From contig NC_057752.1 of the NCBI RefSeq assembly GCF_004010195.1, positions 7,154,063 through 7,218,062 on the forward strand: a stretch of DNA of 64,000 bases. The letters run 5' to 3'. A program made the translations under genes and the position numbers. A model generated the notes under the pieces. That model was given only the letters and a program-made list of their open reading frames with translations. It was not told the origin of the DNA and ran no database searches. Every line of letters starts with the position of its first letter. Positions within the stretch are counted from its first letter, which is position 1. Positions 25,401 through 37,513 of the stretch are shown here, piece by piece. This DNA comes from Chiloscyllium plagiosum (Eukaryota).

Positions 25401-25605
25401 ACACATCTGACTTGGAAATGTATTGCTATTTCTCTATCTGTACTAGTACACAATTCTAGAACTCTCCATCAGCACTGAGAACACCTCCACTGCAGACTAC
25501 AGCAGCTTAACAGGGCTGTTCATCATCATCTTTTCATGGGTAATAAGGGATGGGCAGTAAACATTGGCCATGCCAACAATGCCCAAGCCCCACAAATGAA
25601 TAAAC
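22420..25605 (+). mobile_element. Fragmented L2-like LINE with a nested tRNA-head SINE (~22868-22990) and antisense CR1 fragments (~23170-24610)
   Basis: KAMGPSNIPAVELKTCA motif, degenerate RT segments and the tail shared with 2937-3230; CR1 motifs MEFNPDKCEVMHLG and LGLFSLEQRRL on the minus strand. Confidence 0.75.
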
Positions 25606-25667
25606 ACAATTCAGTGTCAAAAATTATAGTTTAAGTAATTCAGTCGTGTATTGATATAAAATTCATT

Positions 25668-26000
25668 TAAAGAACTTGCATTTATACAGAGCCTGACCAG
25701 ATCTTTCAGACACTTTGCAGATAAATTATTTTGAAGTCATTGTTGCTTTGTAGACAAATGCAGCAGCCAGTTTGCGCACAGCATAGTCCTGCAAATAGCG
25801 ATGTAAAAGGGCGCAGTTAAACTGTTCTTGATGGTCCTGGTTGTTGACAAATCATTTGCTACTCTTCAAAAAGGGTCATAGGATCTCTTATCATTCACAT
25901 GAACGGACAGATGGGTCATCCTCTGAAGGACAGCACCTTAGATAGTATAGCACTCTCGTACTGGATTTAAGCACCCTCCAGATTAGACGCTCAAATGTAA
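25668..26000 (-). mobile_element. Deu-domain SINE remnant
   Basis: aagaacttgcatttata...ctcttcaaaaagggtcataggatct...gacagcacc resembles the recalled Deu-SINE consensus in reverse. Confidence 0.6.
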
Positions 26001-26269
26001 GAATGTAGAAAGGATACTTTAAAAGTTCAGATCAATTTTGAAATGCTAAGTAAATGCAATTTTGGACAAAAAATTGCATGCTCTCTAAAACCCTATTGCA
26101 TGAATATGGGTATGTAGTTGTCCCCATTTGACCGAAGAGATCTCATTATCCAGAAAGTAGCACAGAGCCTGAACCAAAAATAAAGCAATCAAACCAACAT
26201 CAAGTGATCACGTGTGGGTCATCTACACTTTGAATCAAACTTCAACTACAGAATGCTGAGAGGCCTTGA

Positions 26270-26597
26270 GAGTGGACATGGAGATGTTTCCACTGGGAGG
26301 ATAAACTAGGACCCAAGGGAACAGCCTCAGGGTGAAGGGACAACCCTTTAGGTGAGATGAGGAGAAAATTCTTCAGCCAGAGGGTGATGAATCTGTGGAA
26401 CTCATTGCCACAGAAGGCTGTGGAGGTCAAGTTATTGTATTCATTCAGAGATACATAGGTCCTTGATTAATAAGGGGATCAAAGTTATGGGGAGAGGGCA
26501 GGAGAATGGCACTGAAAAACAGATCAGCCACGATTGAGTGGTAAGGCAGACTTGATGGGCCAAAAGGCCTAATTCTGCTCCTATATCTTCTGGTCTA
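26270..26597 (+). mobile_element. CR1 3' end fragment
   Basis: Encodes an RRKFFSQRVMNLWNSLP motif followed by a CR1 tail. Confidence 0.8.
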
Positions 26598-27500
26598 ACT
26601 TTCTAGTTCATTAAAAACAAGCCACTATCAGCTGATTGATAGAATATTAAATAAAGATGGTTTAAGAAAAATATGAAGTAATAAGACTGGGATTCATATT
26701 TGCAATTCCTCATGTGGGGAACTATTCACCAGAAAGGTTTTAATTTTTTAGTTTCAGAGAACAGTTGTCTCAGGAACTCATGTTTTCCATTGGCTGACAT
26801 AAACTAAACAATATTTGACAATGCCTGTTCAGCTAAAGAACACTGCATGAGGATCCAACACTGGCAAGGAAAAACATAGGAAGATCACAAGGATGGAATG
26901 AAAATACAGGAAATGATTAACAATACAAAACCAAAAGTGCAAGCTCATTTGTCTATTAAGATGGAACTGGGTGAGATTACCTTTTATTTATATGGATTAG
27001 AGATGAATGAGACAGCAAAATTAAATTGACCTCTGTCTCCTAATCAAAGCCAACAAGTTGTATTTTAGTTGTTGTGAGGGAAGTTGTTCAGAAAGGAAAT
27101 TGCACAAATAGCACTGTATTGTTAGTTTAGTTTAGTTCAAATATTCAATATTCAATATTCGAACTGCTATAGAATAAAACTGCTATAGAATAAAAAGCAT
27201 TGAAGATGGTGTACAGCAAGTTACTGATATTAGTGGAGCTTAAACCAAAGTAAAACACAGTTTTCCTTGTTCTAAACAGAAATTGTGTCACTGATGGAGT
27301 TTCAGTGTTGAAAAGGTAACAAATTAAGGCAATCCCTCTGTTGTCCCTAGAACAGGTCAACTTTTAGGATTTCAAACCAAGCTGGTCATTTATTAAAGGA
27401 TAAATTTAAAGGGCTAAATATGATCAAGGCAAAGAATAAACAAACCGTGCTTTAAAAAGTGCTTCAGGTTTTCACAATGTTTCAACAGCAACAAACTTAC

Positions 27501-27610
27501 CTTAATATCAGCTCTGAGTTCCATGAGCTGCTCCTCAGACATGCGGACTGCATTGTCCGTCATTTTTTTTAATGCTTCAGCTCTCTTCTGACGACTATCC
27601 AAGATATCCA
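27501..27610 (-). CDS. SPATS2: SPATS2 coding exon (DILDSRQKRAEALKKMTDNAVRMSEEQLMELRADIK)
   Basis: ttttcag| acceptor and |gtaagt donor, 110 nt, phase-consistent. Confidence 0.96.
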
Positions 27611-28576
27611 CTGAAAAGTGTAAGCAATAGAATATCATTCAGTACAGCCTTACAATCATGTAAGTCAACCTAAACCTACACACAATGCAGTTTAAATTAG
27701 AATTCCAAATTGCCCTACTTGTTCACTCATATTAAATAAAACATTAATTTGAAGAGTTCACAAGTCAATTTTTAAATAAAATAAGTGAGCCCTTTGAGGA
27801 GAAGTTTCATAAGCTGGTGAAGGTTATATATCAATTCCAAAAACCCACGGTCAATCTGTTCAATATGCACTCAACTGAACGCCTCATGTGTATCAGTTAA
27901 AATGAGGCTTTATAACAATAGCACCCACTGGAGACATACCCCTGAGGTGGTGGTTCAATGGAGCACTGGTTATTCACCACCTGTCCTCTTAGCCAGAGGA
28001 AAGGCAAAGACAATTTTATGCTCAAATCAATAAAACACAGATCACAACATTGTGTTCCATTATGCACAAATAAAGCAAGAACCAGCTGTTCTGACAGACA
28101 TGGTATGGTTGCAGTAGACTGAAAAGGTTGTTGAAGGGAGAAATGAATTAGTAAGTTTGAAGGTGGAAGCCTTTGGTGGGAGTGAGATTCATAATAACTC
28201 CTCCACCTGAAACAAATAATTGTACTTCAGTTGAAAAGTTTCTTTTCCTTTAACACAAATTCTACAGCTAGTATTTCATCTAACAGAACTGTTCATAAAA
28301 ACAAAATAAATTCATTTCCAGGTGAAGCCAAAGTGTTGGTTTGTTACTTTAGATAAAAACCATTAATAGCAATCCTTTTTCTTGTAACTTTTTGGTGATT
28401 GAAAATAAATTGTTCAAAACTGCAATTGCTGAGAATGCTATAGAAACAAAACGTCACAATTCCTTAAGTTCATGGTAACAGCAGCATCAACTGTAGTACT
28501 AATAATGAGCATCATATACACCTTTACAATTATTCTTTTTTTAAAAATTGCACAATTTATGATCTTAAAATCCAGA

Positions 28577-30925
28577 ACTGACTGAGGGCAGATGTTCGCA
28601 GGTAAAGGGACAGCTGGAAAATGGGAAGCCTTCAAAAATGAGATAACCAGAGTCCAGAGACAGTATATTCCTGTTAGGATGAAAGGAAAGGCTGGTAGGT
28701 GTAGGGAATGCTGGAAGACTAGAGAAATTGAGGTTTTGGTTAAAAAGAAAGAAGCATAGGTCAGGTAGAGACAGCAAAGATCGAGTGAATCCTTAGAAGA
28801 GTATAAAGGCAGCATATGTAAGAGGAAAGTCAGGAGGGCAAAAAGGGGACATGAAATAGCTTTGGCGAATAGAATTAAGGAGAATCCAAAGGGATTTTAC
28901 AAATACATTGAGGATAAAGGGTAACTAGGGAGAGAATAGCAAGATGACCTTTGTGTGGAGCCACAGGAGATGGCTGAGATACTAAATGAGTATTTTGCAT
29001 TAGTGTTTACTGTGGAGAAGCACATGGAAGATATAGAATGTAGGGAAATAGATGGTGACATCTTGAAAAATGTCCATATTACACAGGAGGAAGTGCTGGA
29101 TATCTTGAAATGCATAAAGGTGGATAAATCCCCAGGACCTGATCAGGTGTACCCTACAATTCTGTGGGAAGCTAGGGAATTGATTGCTGAACCCATTGCG
29201 GAGATATCTGTATCAATATTCACAGGTGAGGTGCCGGAAGACTAGAGGTTGGCTAATGTGGCACCACTATTTAAGAAAGGTGGTAAGGACAAGCCAAGGA
29301 ACTATAGACTTGGTGAGCCTGATATTGATGGTGGACAAGTCGTTGGAGGGAATCCTGTGGGACAGGATTTACACATATTTGGAAAAGCAAGGATTGATTC
29401 GGGATGGTCAACATGGCTTTGTGCATGGGAAATCATGTCTCATAAACTTGATTGAGTTTTTTGAAGAAGTAACAAAGAGGACTGATGAGGCCAGAGCGGT
29501 AGAGGTGATCTATATGGACTTCAGTAAGGCGCTCAACAAGGTTCCCCATGGGAGACTGATTAGCAAGGTTAGATCTCATGGAATACAGGGGGAAATAGCC
29601 ATTTGGATACAGAACTGGCTCAAAGGTAGAAGACAGAGGGTGGTGGTGGAGGGTTATTTTTCAGACTGGAGGCCTGTGACCAGTGGAGTGCCACAAGGAT
29701 CGGTCCTGGGTACACAACTTTTCGTCATTTATATAAATGATTTGGATGTGAACATAGGGGCTATATTCAGTGAGTTTGCAGATGACACCAAAATTGGAGG
29801 TATAGGGGACAGTGAAGAAGTTTGCCTCAGATTACAATGGGATCTTGATCAGATGGGCCAATGGGCTGAGAAGTGGCGGATAGAATTTAATTTAGATAAA
29901 TGCGAGGTGCTGCATTTTGAGAAAGCAAATCTTAGCAGAACAAAGAGATGGCAGAGCAATTAACCATGTGTATTCTATCATCAGAAAGGGGGACACAAGT
30001 AACATCCCCAAAATGTTGCGGAACACTTGGTCCATTGAGAACAGAACTGAAGGACATGAGTAGTTGTGGAGAAATGGTGTTGGGGAAATTGACGGGATTA
30101 AAAGTTTACAAATCCCCAACACCTGGTAATCCAAATCCCAGACTATGGCCTGAGATAAGTCATGCAATTGTCAAATTTCGGGCTGATCTTAGCAGGACTT
30201 CGACACTTAATGGTAAGGTCCTGGGGAGTGTGTTGCTGAACAAAGAGACCTTGGATTGCAGGTTCATAGCTCCTTGAAAGTGGAGTCGCAGGTAGATAGG
30301 ATAGTGAAGGCGGCGTTTGGTATGCTTTCCTTTACTGGTCAGAGTATTGAGTATAGGTGTTGCGAGGTCATGTTGCAGCTGTACAGGATATTGGTTTAGC
30401 CACTTTTGGAATATTGCATGCAATTCTGGTCTCCTTCCTATCAGGAGGATGTTGTGAAACTTGCAAGGGTTCAGAAAAGATTTACAAGGATGTTACCAGA
30501 GTTGGAGGATTTGAGCTATAGGGAGAAGTTGAATAAGCTGTGGCTGTTTTTTCTGGAGAGTTGGAGGCTGAGGGGTGACCTTATAGACATTTATAAAATC
30601 ATGACGGGCATGGATGGGATAAATAGACAAAGTCTTTTCCCTGGGGTGGGGGAGTCCAGAACTAGAGGTATAGGTTTAGGGTGAGAGGAGAAAGATATAA
30701 AAGGGACCTAAGGGGCAACTTTTTCATGCAGAAGGTGATGAGCTGCCAGCGGAAGTGGTGAAGTCTGGTACAATTGCAACATTTAAAAGGCATCTGGATG
30801 GATACATGAATAGGAAGGGTTTAGAGGGATATGGGCTAACTGCTGGCAAATGGGACTAAATTAGACTGGGATATCTGGTCGGCATGGATGAGTCGGACCG
30901 AAGGGTCTATTTCCTCATCTGAATC
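28577..30925 (+). mobile_element. 5'-truncated CR1 LINE (RT plus 3' tail) with a 247-bp internal insert
   Basis: KSPGPD, QHGF..GKSCL.NL, GVPQGSVLG and FADDTK motifs, with frameshifts. Confidence 0.95.
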
Positions 30926-31874
30926 CATCATACTGCTATGCCCTTCTCCCTTAAATGCTCGAATAGTACAGGTGCATTTCGGGGTAAAGTATTTGCTTCA
31001 ACCATTCTGTGGTAATAAATTCCATGTTCTCAGCCATTTTTGGGTGGAGAAGCTTTGTCTGAATTCCTGTTGGATTTCTTGGGGACTATCTTATATTGAT
31101 GGCCTTGAGTTACGGTCTTCCCCACAGAGTAAATATCCTCTCTGTATCCACTCTGTCAAAACCTTTCAAAATTTTAAAACTTCCGTAAATTCACCCCAAA
31201 CCGCCACCCCCCCCCCCCCCAACCATGAATAAAGAGATCCAGCCTATTAATCCTTTGTCAGTATCTCATTAAACTTCAAGACAGCAAACACGCATTTAGC
31301 TTTGAAGGTCTAAATTGATGAGGATCTACAACCAATTGAAAACAATGTTCAGTTATTAAAAATAGGTAAGTCTATAAATACTGGAATGAGCAATTATACT
31401 TAGATCCAGGCATAATGAGAGATCAAAACTGGAAATGGGGCTGTTTTTAGCACGCTTCAGCATGCAACATCCAGCATTTTCCTTTCAGAAACCAGTTCAG
31501 ATCCACTTGAAAACGTCCACATTTATTTAGGAGTCTCAGAGGAACAACAGTAAATTGTTTAGTTTCTTGACTGTTCTGTCAGTCAATAAAATAGTGACTG
31601 ATTGTGGTCTAACGCCATAAACATACCTTTGCTCTAAATCCCTTAAAAACTCTGATTAACAGAAATCTATCACACTCAGATTTAAATCCAGCATCAATCA
31701 TTGTTTGTAGAAGAGTTCCAAACTTCTACCATTTTCTGTGTGTGGAACTGTTAACTAATTCCACTCCTGAAACGTGTGGCTCTAATATTTAGAGTACCTT
31801 CCATACTCTAACGCTTCCCAATCAGCAGAAATAGTTTCTATTTACTCTATCTGTTCCCTTAATGCCTTGAAAAC

Positions 31875-34800
31875 ATTTTTTTATATATATAGATATTTTT
31901 ATTGGAAATTTAATATTTTTACAAGTTTACAAAAATAAAAAAAACTCTCAAGTACAAACACTGATATACAATTAAATCTTAAATAAATAATAACCAAAAT
32001 TTAACAAAAGAAAAAAAAAAGAGAAAAAAAAACAAAACTCAACTAACTACTAATCTAACCTACAATTAACCAGAGTGTATATTTAAGTCTCTTACATTAT
32101 TCAAATAAGAGAAAGAGAAAAAAAAACAGCGGATAACATAGAAATTGGGTAGTGAGATACATGCTCGGAATGTGTTAACATCAAATGTAACAAAACCCGT
32201 ATTCGTGCGGGATTCCTCTCCCAAGGGGCCCCNNNNNNNNNNNNNNNNNNNNNNNNNNNNNNNNNNNNNNNNNNNNNNNNNNNNNNNNNNNNNNNNNNNN
32301 NNNNNNNNNNNNNNNNNNNNNNNCATAGGCAATGTACAAGAGTGCCCACCTCTATTTTGCATTTAGGACACATTGGAGATGCTCCTGCCTTAAATTTTGC
32401 CAATCGATCCGGTGCTATATGGGCCCTGTGAAGTATCTTCAGCTGGATAGCCTGAGTTCTGTTACAGATGGTGATTCTTCTGGCGTTTTCCCAAATGTCA
32501 TTCCATGTTTCTATAGAGATTTCTAGTCCCAAATCCTGATCCCATGTTTTAAGCAGATTGTCCATATCTCCCGATACTTCATCATATAGTAAATGATAAA
32601 TAGTATTGATGGAGGATACCCCCATTGGTCATAGCACTCTACATTCTCTATATGATTTATAAAGACTATCTAATAACGTAGTCTTCTTCTGTATATATTC
32701 TCGAATTTGGAAGTATCGAAAGAGGTCTCCATTAGGTAATCCAAATTTCTGACGCAGCTGTTCAAAAGACATCAGGACCCCTTCTTTAAATAGGTCCCCG
32801 AGACATGAGATACCTCTGGATCTCCAGAGTTTAAAAGTGGCATCCCGTAAACCCCGGTTGGAATCCCCATGCTCCCACTATCGGCGCATACGGGGATGTT
32901 TTATGTGAGTTGCCCTCATTTTGCCGCATTATATTCCAAGCTTTGTGCTTAGTATTATAGGGTTTTTACAGTGCTCCGTAATGATTATCCTCTTGTCTGA
33001 AAATAAAAGGTTAATAAGTGGGCATTTTACTTGAGAAGCCTCGATGTCCAGCCAGATTGATTGTGGATCAAACAAGACCCAATCAGCTATATAACTTAAT
33101 AGGGAACTTAACTGATATTTCCTAAAATCTGGGAAGTCCAATCCTCCCCTTGCCTGTGGAAGCTGTAGCTTCTTCAGCTTAATGAGGGGCCGTCTATGAT
33201 TCCAGATAAAGGAACCCAACCAGCCATATAATTTACGTAGTGCCAGCCTCGGCAGCATCACCGGAAGCATTCTCATAGGGTATAGGAGACGGGGCAGGAC
33301 ATTCATTTTAATTAGTGCTATTCTGCCTAACCAGGAACTTGGAAGGTCTCCCCATCGCTGGAGGTCCTGCCTTATCCTTTCCAGTAAATGCACAAAGTCA
33401 GCCTTGTATAACTGACCAAATACTGGGGCAATAAAAATGCCTAAATAGAAGAAACCCTCCAGGGACCAACGAAAGGGAAAATGGAATCTGTCCACTAAGC
33501 GGGGTATCATAGCAAGGCCACCCATTGGCATAGCCTCCGATTTTGAGAAATTAATTTTATAGCCTGAGAATGCACTAAATAACTTGGATTAAGCGAGGTA
33601 CGGACATCAGAGGATTACTGAGGAATAGAAGAACATTATCTGCATAAAGGGTAATTTTATGTTTACCTGTACCAATTCTCGGGACCGTTATATTAGGATC
33701 AGCCCGTACAGCTTCTGCTAATGGTTCAATTATTAGCGTAAATAGCAATGGCGAGAGGGGACATCCCTGACGGCAGCCCCTATCCACACTGAAGCTATCC
33801 GAGCCTAATCCATTGGTAACCACAACTGCTTTGGGATCACTATACAATGTTGAGACCCATTTGGTAAACACCTTTCCAACGCCAAACCTTTCCAACGTGT
33901 AAAACAAATAGGACCATTCAACCCTATCGGATGCCTTTTCCGCGTCTAATGAGACTACTACTCCTGTATCTTTCCCTGATGGCAGGGTTGAATCATATTC
34001 AAAACCCTTCTAATAAACCCCGTCTGATCCTCCTTTATGATATGTGGCAGTACTCTTTCTAGTCTTAATGCTAACGTTTTAGAAAGGATTTTAAAATCTA
34101 CATTTAGCAAGGATATTGGTCTATATGACGTGCAATCTTCTGGGTCCTTTCCTTTTTTAAGGATAAGAGAGATATTTGCCTCTTTCAACGAAGGCGGGAG
34201 ACAGCCCTGACTGTATGCGTAGTTATACATGTCCATAAGTGGACCAGCCAATATTCCTGTAAATTCTTTATAGAATTCAGCTTGAAAACCATCTGGGCCA
34301 GGTGCCTTACCGCTCTGAAGTTGCCTGATTGCGTCTAGTATTTCTTGGACTGTTAGGGGAGCATTTAAGACCGATACCTGTTCCGGAGTTAGGTCCGGAA
34401 AGGTCAAATTTTTAAAAAATGACTGCATCCTCCTAGTCCTGTCTTCACAATCCTGCGATTTATATAAATCAGAATAAAATTTTCTAAAGATTGCATTAAT
34501 CTTTTTATGATCATGAGTCAAAATACCCGTACTTTCCTCGATAGACGTGATAGTTTGAGGGGCCTTTCTTTTCCTTGCAAGAAATGCTAAGTATCTACCC
34601 GGTTTGTCGCCAAATTCATATAACCTTTGTTTTGCAAATAATATTTCCCTCTTAGCCGTTTGGGTAAGTGTGGTGTTTAGAGCTGTCCTAAGGGCCGTAA
34701 TCCTTTGTAATTTGATAATAGAAGGTCTATCAGCGTATGCTGTTTCAGCTGCTTTTAAGTGAGCTTCGAGCAGACGCTGTTATTTTCCCTTTAATTCTTT

Positions 34801-37245
34801 CTGGGTCACTGAGTATGAGATGATCAAACCTCGCGCGTAAGCTTTGATGGCCTCCCACATCATTGATGGGTTGCTAGCCATACCTAAGTTAATTTCTAAA
34901 AAAGTTTTAAATTCTTGAGAGAAGCACTTTACAAATTTACTATCTTTCATCAGGAAGGGGTCCATACGCCAATGCCGAGGGGATGTCCCATTGTTCCTCG
35001 CCTCGATTTCCATATATACAGCAGCATGATCGGAAATTGCTATACTACCTATTTTACAGGATGATATGGAATTTTAAAAAATCGAGGGGGCAAAAAACAT
35101 ATCAATTCTGGTATGGCATTTATGTGGATTGGAGTAAAAAGAAAAATCTCTGCCCTGTGGGTGAAGGCATCTCCATACATCTACTAATCCTAATTCTTTG
35201 TTCAGATCCATCAATTGTCTAGATCTGGGAGATACTCCTGCAGTACTCTTGGGAATCCTATCTATTTCCGGATCCATAATACAATTAAAGTCTCCCCCTA
35301 TAATTGTATGATGAGCACCGAGGGCCATCAATTTTGAGAAGGCTTCCATTATAAATTTAAAAGGATGTGCCGGGGACAATACAAATTTAAAATCCCATAT
35401 TCCTCTCCATTTATAAGGGCTTTAATCAGAATATATCGTCCAGATTCGCCTTTTATCTGCTTTAGGATTTTGAAAGGGAAATTCTTCCGAATAATAACAA
35501 CTCCCCTGCTTTTTGAGCTAAAAGAAGAAAAAAAGGCCTGATCAAATCCACCCTGTCGTAATTTCAAGTGTTCTTTATCCAACAAGTGTGTCTCCTGTAG
35601 GAGAGCTATATCAACCCTTTCTTTCTTGAGATTTGATAATATTTTCTTCCTTTTGACTGGCGAATTACTCTCCTTCACATTCCAGGTGCACCACTTAACC
35701 GACTGATCAACCATAATCGTCCGGGCAAATCCGAGACCCCTCGGGAGGGGAAACCCTATCCAGAACATCCCGAGCATAGACCATATAAAATTCACAAAAA
35801 TAAAGGCTCTCGAATACACTCACAACAGTGTAATAAAAAACTATTTCTAAATAAAATAAATATAAAACATATTTAAATGAAGATTTCCCCCTTGTTCCCA
35901 GGGGGTATCACTTCCTTTCCAAAAGGTCCATCGTATCCTCTGAGGAGAAAGTGAGGTCTGCAGATGCTGGAGATCAGAGCTGAAAATGTGTTGCTGGAAA
36001 AGCGCAGCAGGTCAGGCAGCATCCAGGGAACAGGAGAATCGACGTTTCGGGCATAAGCCCTTCTTCATCGTATCCTCTCCCAACCAATGCCCCACCCTTG
36101 ACCCAGTCGCTCCTCAATAGGATGAGGAAAATTCAAATATACTACAGAGCTAGAGTTAACAGTGNNNNNNNNNNNNNNNNNNNNNNNNNNNNNNNNNNNN
36201 NNNNNNNNNNNNNNNNNNNNNNNNNNNNNNNNNNNNNNNNNNNNNNNNNNNNNNNNNNNNNNNNNNNNNNNNNNNNNNNNNNNNNNNNNNNNNNNNNNNN
36301 NNNNNNNNNNNNNNNNNNNNNNNNNNNNNNNNNNNNNNNNNNNNNNNNNNNNNNNNNNNNNNNNNNNNNNNNNNNNNNNNNNNNNNNNNNTATTTAAGTT
36401 CCTTAAACACTTCTTCGCCTCATCAAACGCCTTCCTCTTTCGGACCAGAGCTGGGGAAAAGTCCTGGAATAACATGATCTTGGATCCTTTATAGATCATG
36501 GCTTGGGAATCTCTTCCAAGATTTCTAGAGGCTTCTTGGAGTATCTGCCTCTCCTTATAGCTCTGCAGCCGGAACAGGACCGGGCGGGGGCGGGGGCGCT
36601 GGTTCGAGCTGGGCCCGCGTATTGCGACCCGGTAGGCCCATTCTACCCTTACCTGGCCTGATCCAGCCTCCAGATTTAACAGCTGTGAAAGCCACTGTTC
36701 AAGGAACCTTGTAAGCTGGCCTTCCTCTTCCCGTTTGGGAAGGCCCAGCAAATGAATATTTTTTCGACGACCTCGAGCCGATCCACGGCCGATTGCGCGG
36801 TAGTTTTGCAGGTCTCGGCCTTTAGCTCCGCCCCTCCGACTCGGCGCTCGATTTCCTTAATGTCTCAGTGCGGCCGAGAGTGAGTCCCATCGACTTTGGG
36901 ATTCTTCGATAAAAGCGTCGATCTTCGCATCGAGTTTGGAGATTATTTCCACGAGGCTTGCCACCGTAGTTAAGTCCCCCGGGACGGCTGTGGATGCCTC
37001 TGCTGCAGCTGGAGAGGGTGGGGAAGGGGTTCCTGCTTGCTGAGAGCTGCGGGCTCCCTTCCCTTTAGTAATTTTTACTGAAGATTAAATTGTTTAAATT
37101 CAATACTAAACAACTAATTAAAGTAAACAGCTCTTTTAAATGATTTGGTGAGTGTGGTGGGGGTGTGGGTGACCCACTTTGCCCAAGTCTTGGGAGGAGC
37201 ACTGTAGACTCAGACTTGCTGGGTCGCCGCCATCTTGGATCCCCC
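31875..37245 (-). mobile_element. Full-length but decayed L1-clade LINE, ~5.4 kb (ORF1 ~37072-36150; ORF2 from 35714 with EN, RT and CCHC)
   Basis: 11-bp TSD GCCTTGAAAAC (31864-31874 and 37246-37256). 5' end GGGGGATCCAAGATGGCGG; DIALLQETHL, KAPGPDGF, RQGCPLSPLLF, YADN and CPKC..H..C motifs; AATAAA plus A-rich tail. Confidence 0.95.
35942..36065 (-). mobile_element. 124-bp Penelope-terminus insertion inside the L1 inter-ORF region
   Basis: 13-bp TSD CATCGTATCCTCT (35929-35941 and 36066-36078); sequence matches 37514-37630 and 53235-53330. Confidence 0.9.
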
Positions 37246-37513
37246 GCCTTGAAAACTTTAATCCAATCACTTCTTAACCTTCAAAATTTTGACGAATAAC
37301 ACCCTGGTTTGTGTAGTTTTTGCTTGCAATTTAATTCTTGAGAGTCCAGATTCTGATAAATCTCGTGTAGTTCCTTGAAGGCCAATATATGCTTCTAAGG
37401 TACAGTATCTACAACTACTCACAGTACACTAATGTGCAGTCTAATGAGGGCTTTGTACAGCTGAGGCATGATTTGTAATTCATTATATTCTAGTCAGCTG
37501 GATGCAGAGGTAG

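Noticed and set aside
27945..27983. Small hairpin AGGTGGTG...CACCACCT as a possible pre-miRNA
   Set aside because: Only an 8-bp stem, which is expected by chance in 64 kb.
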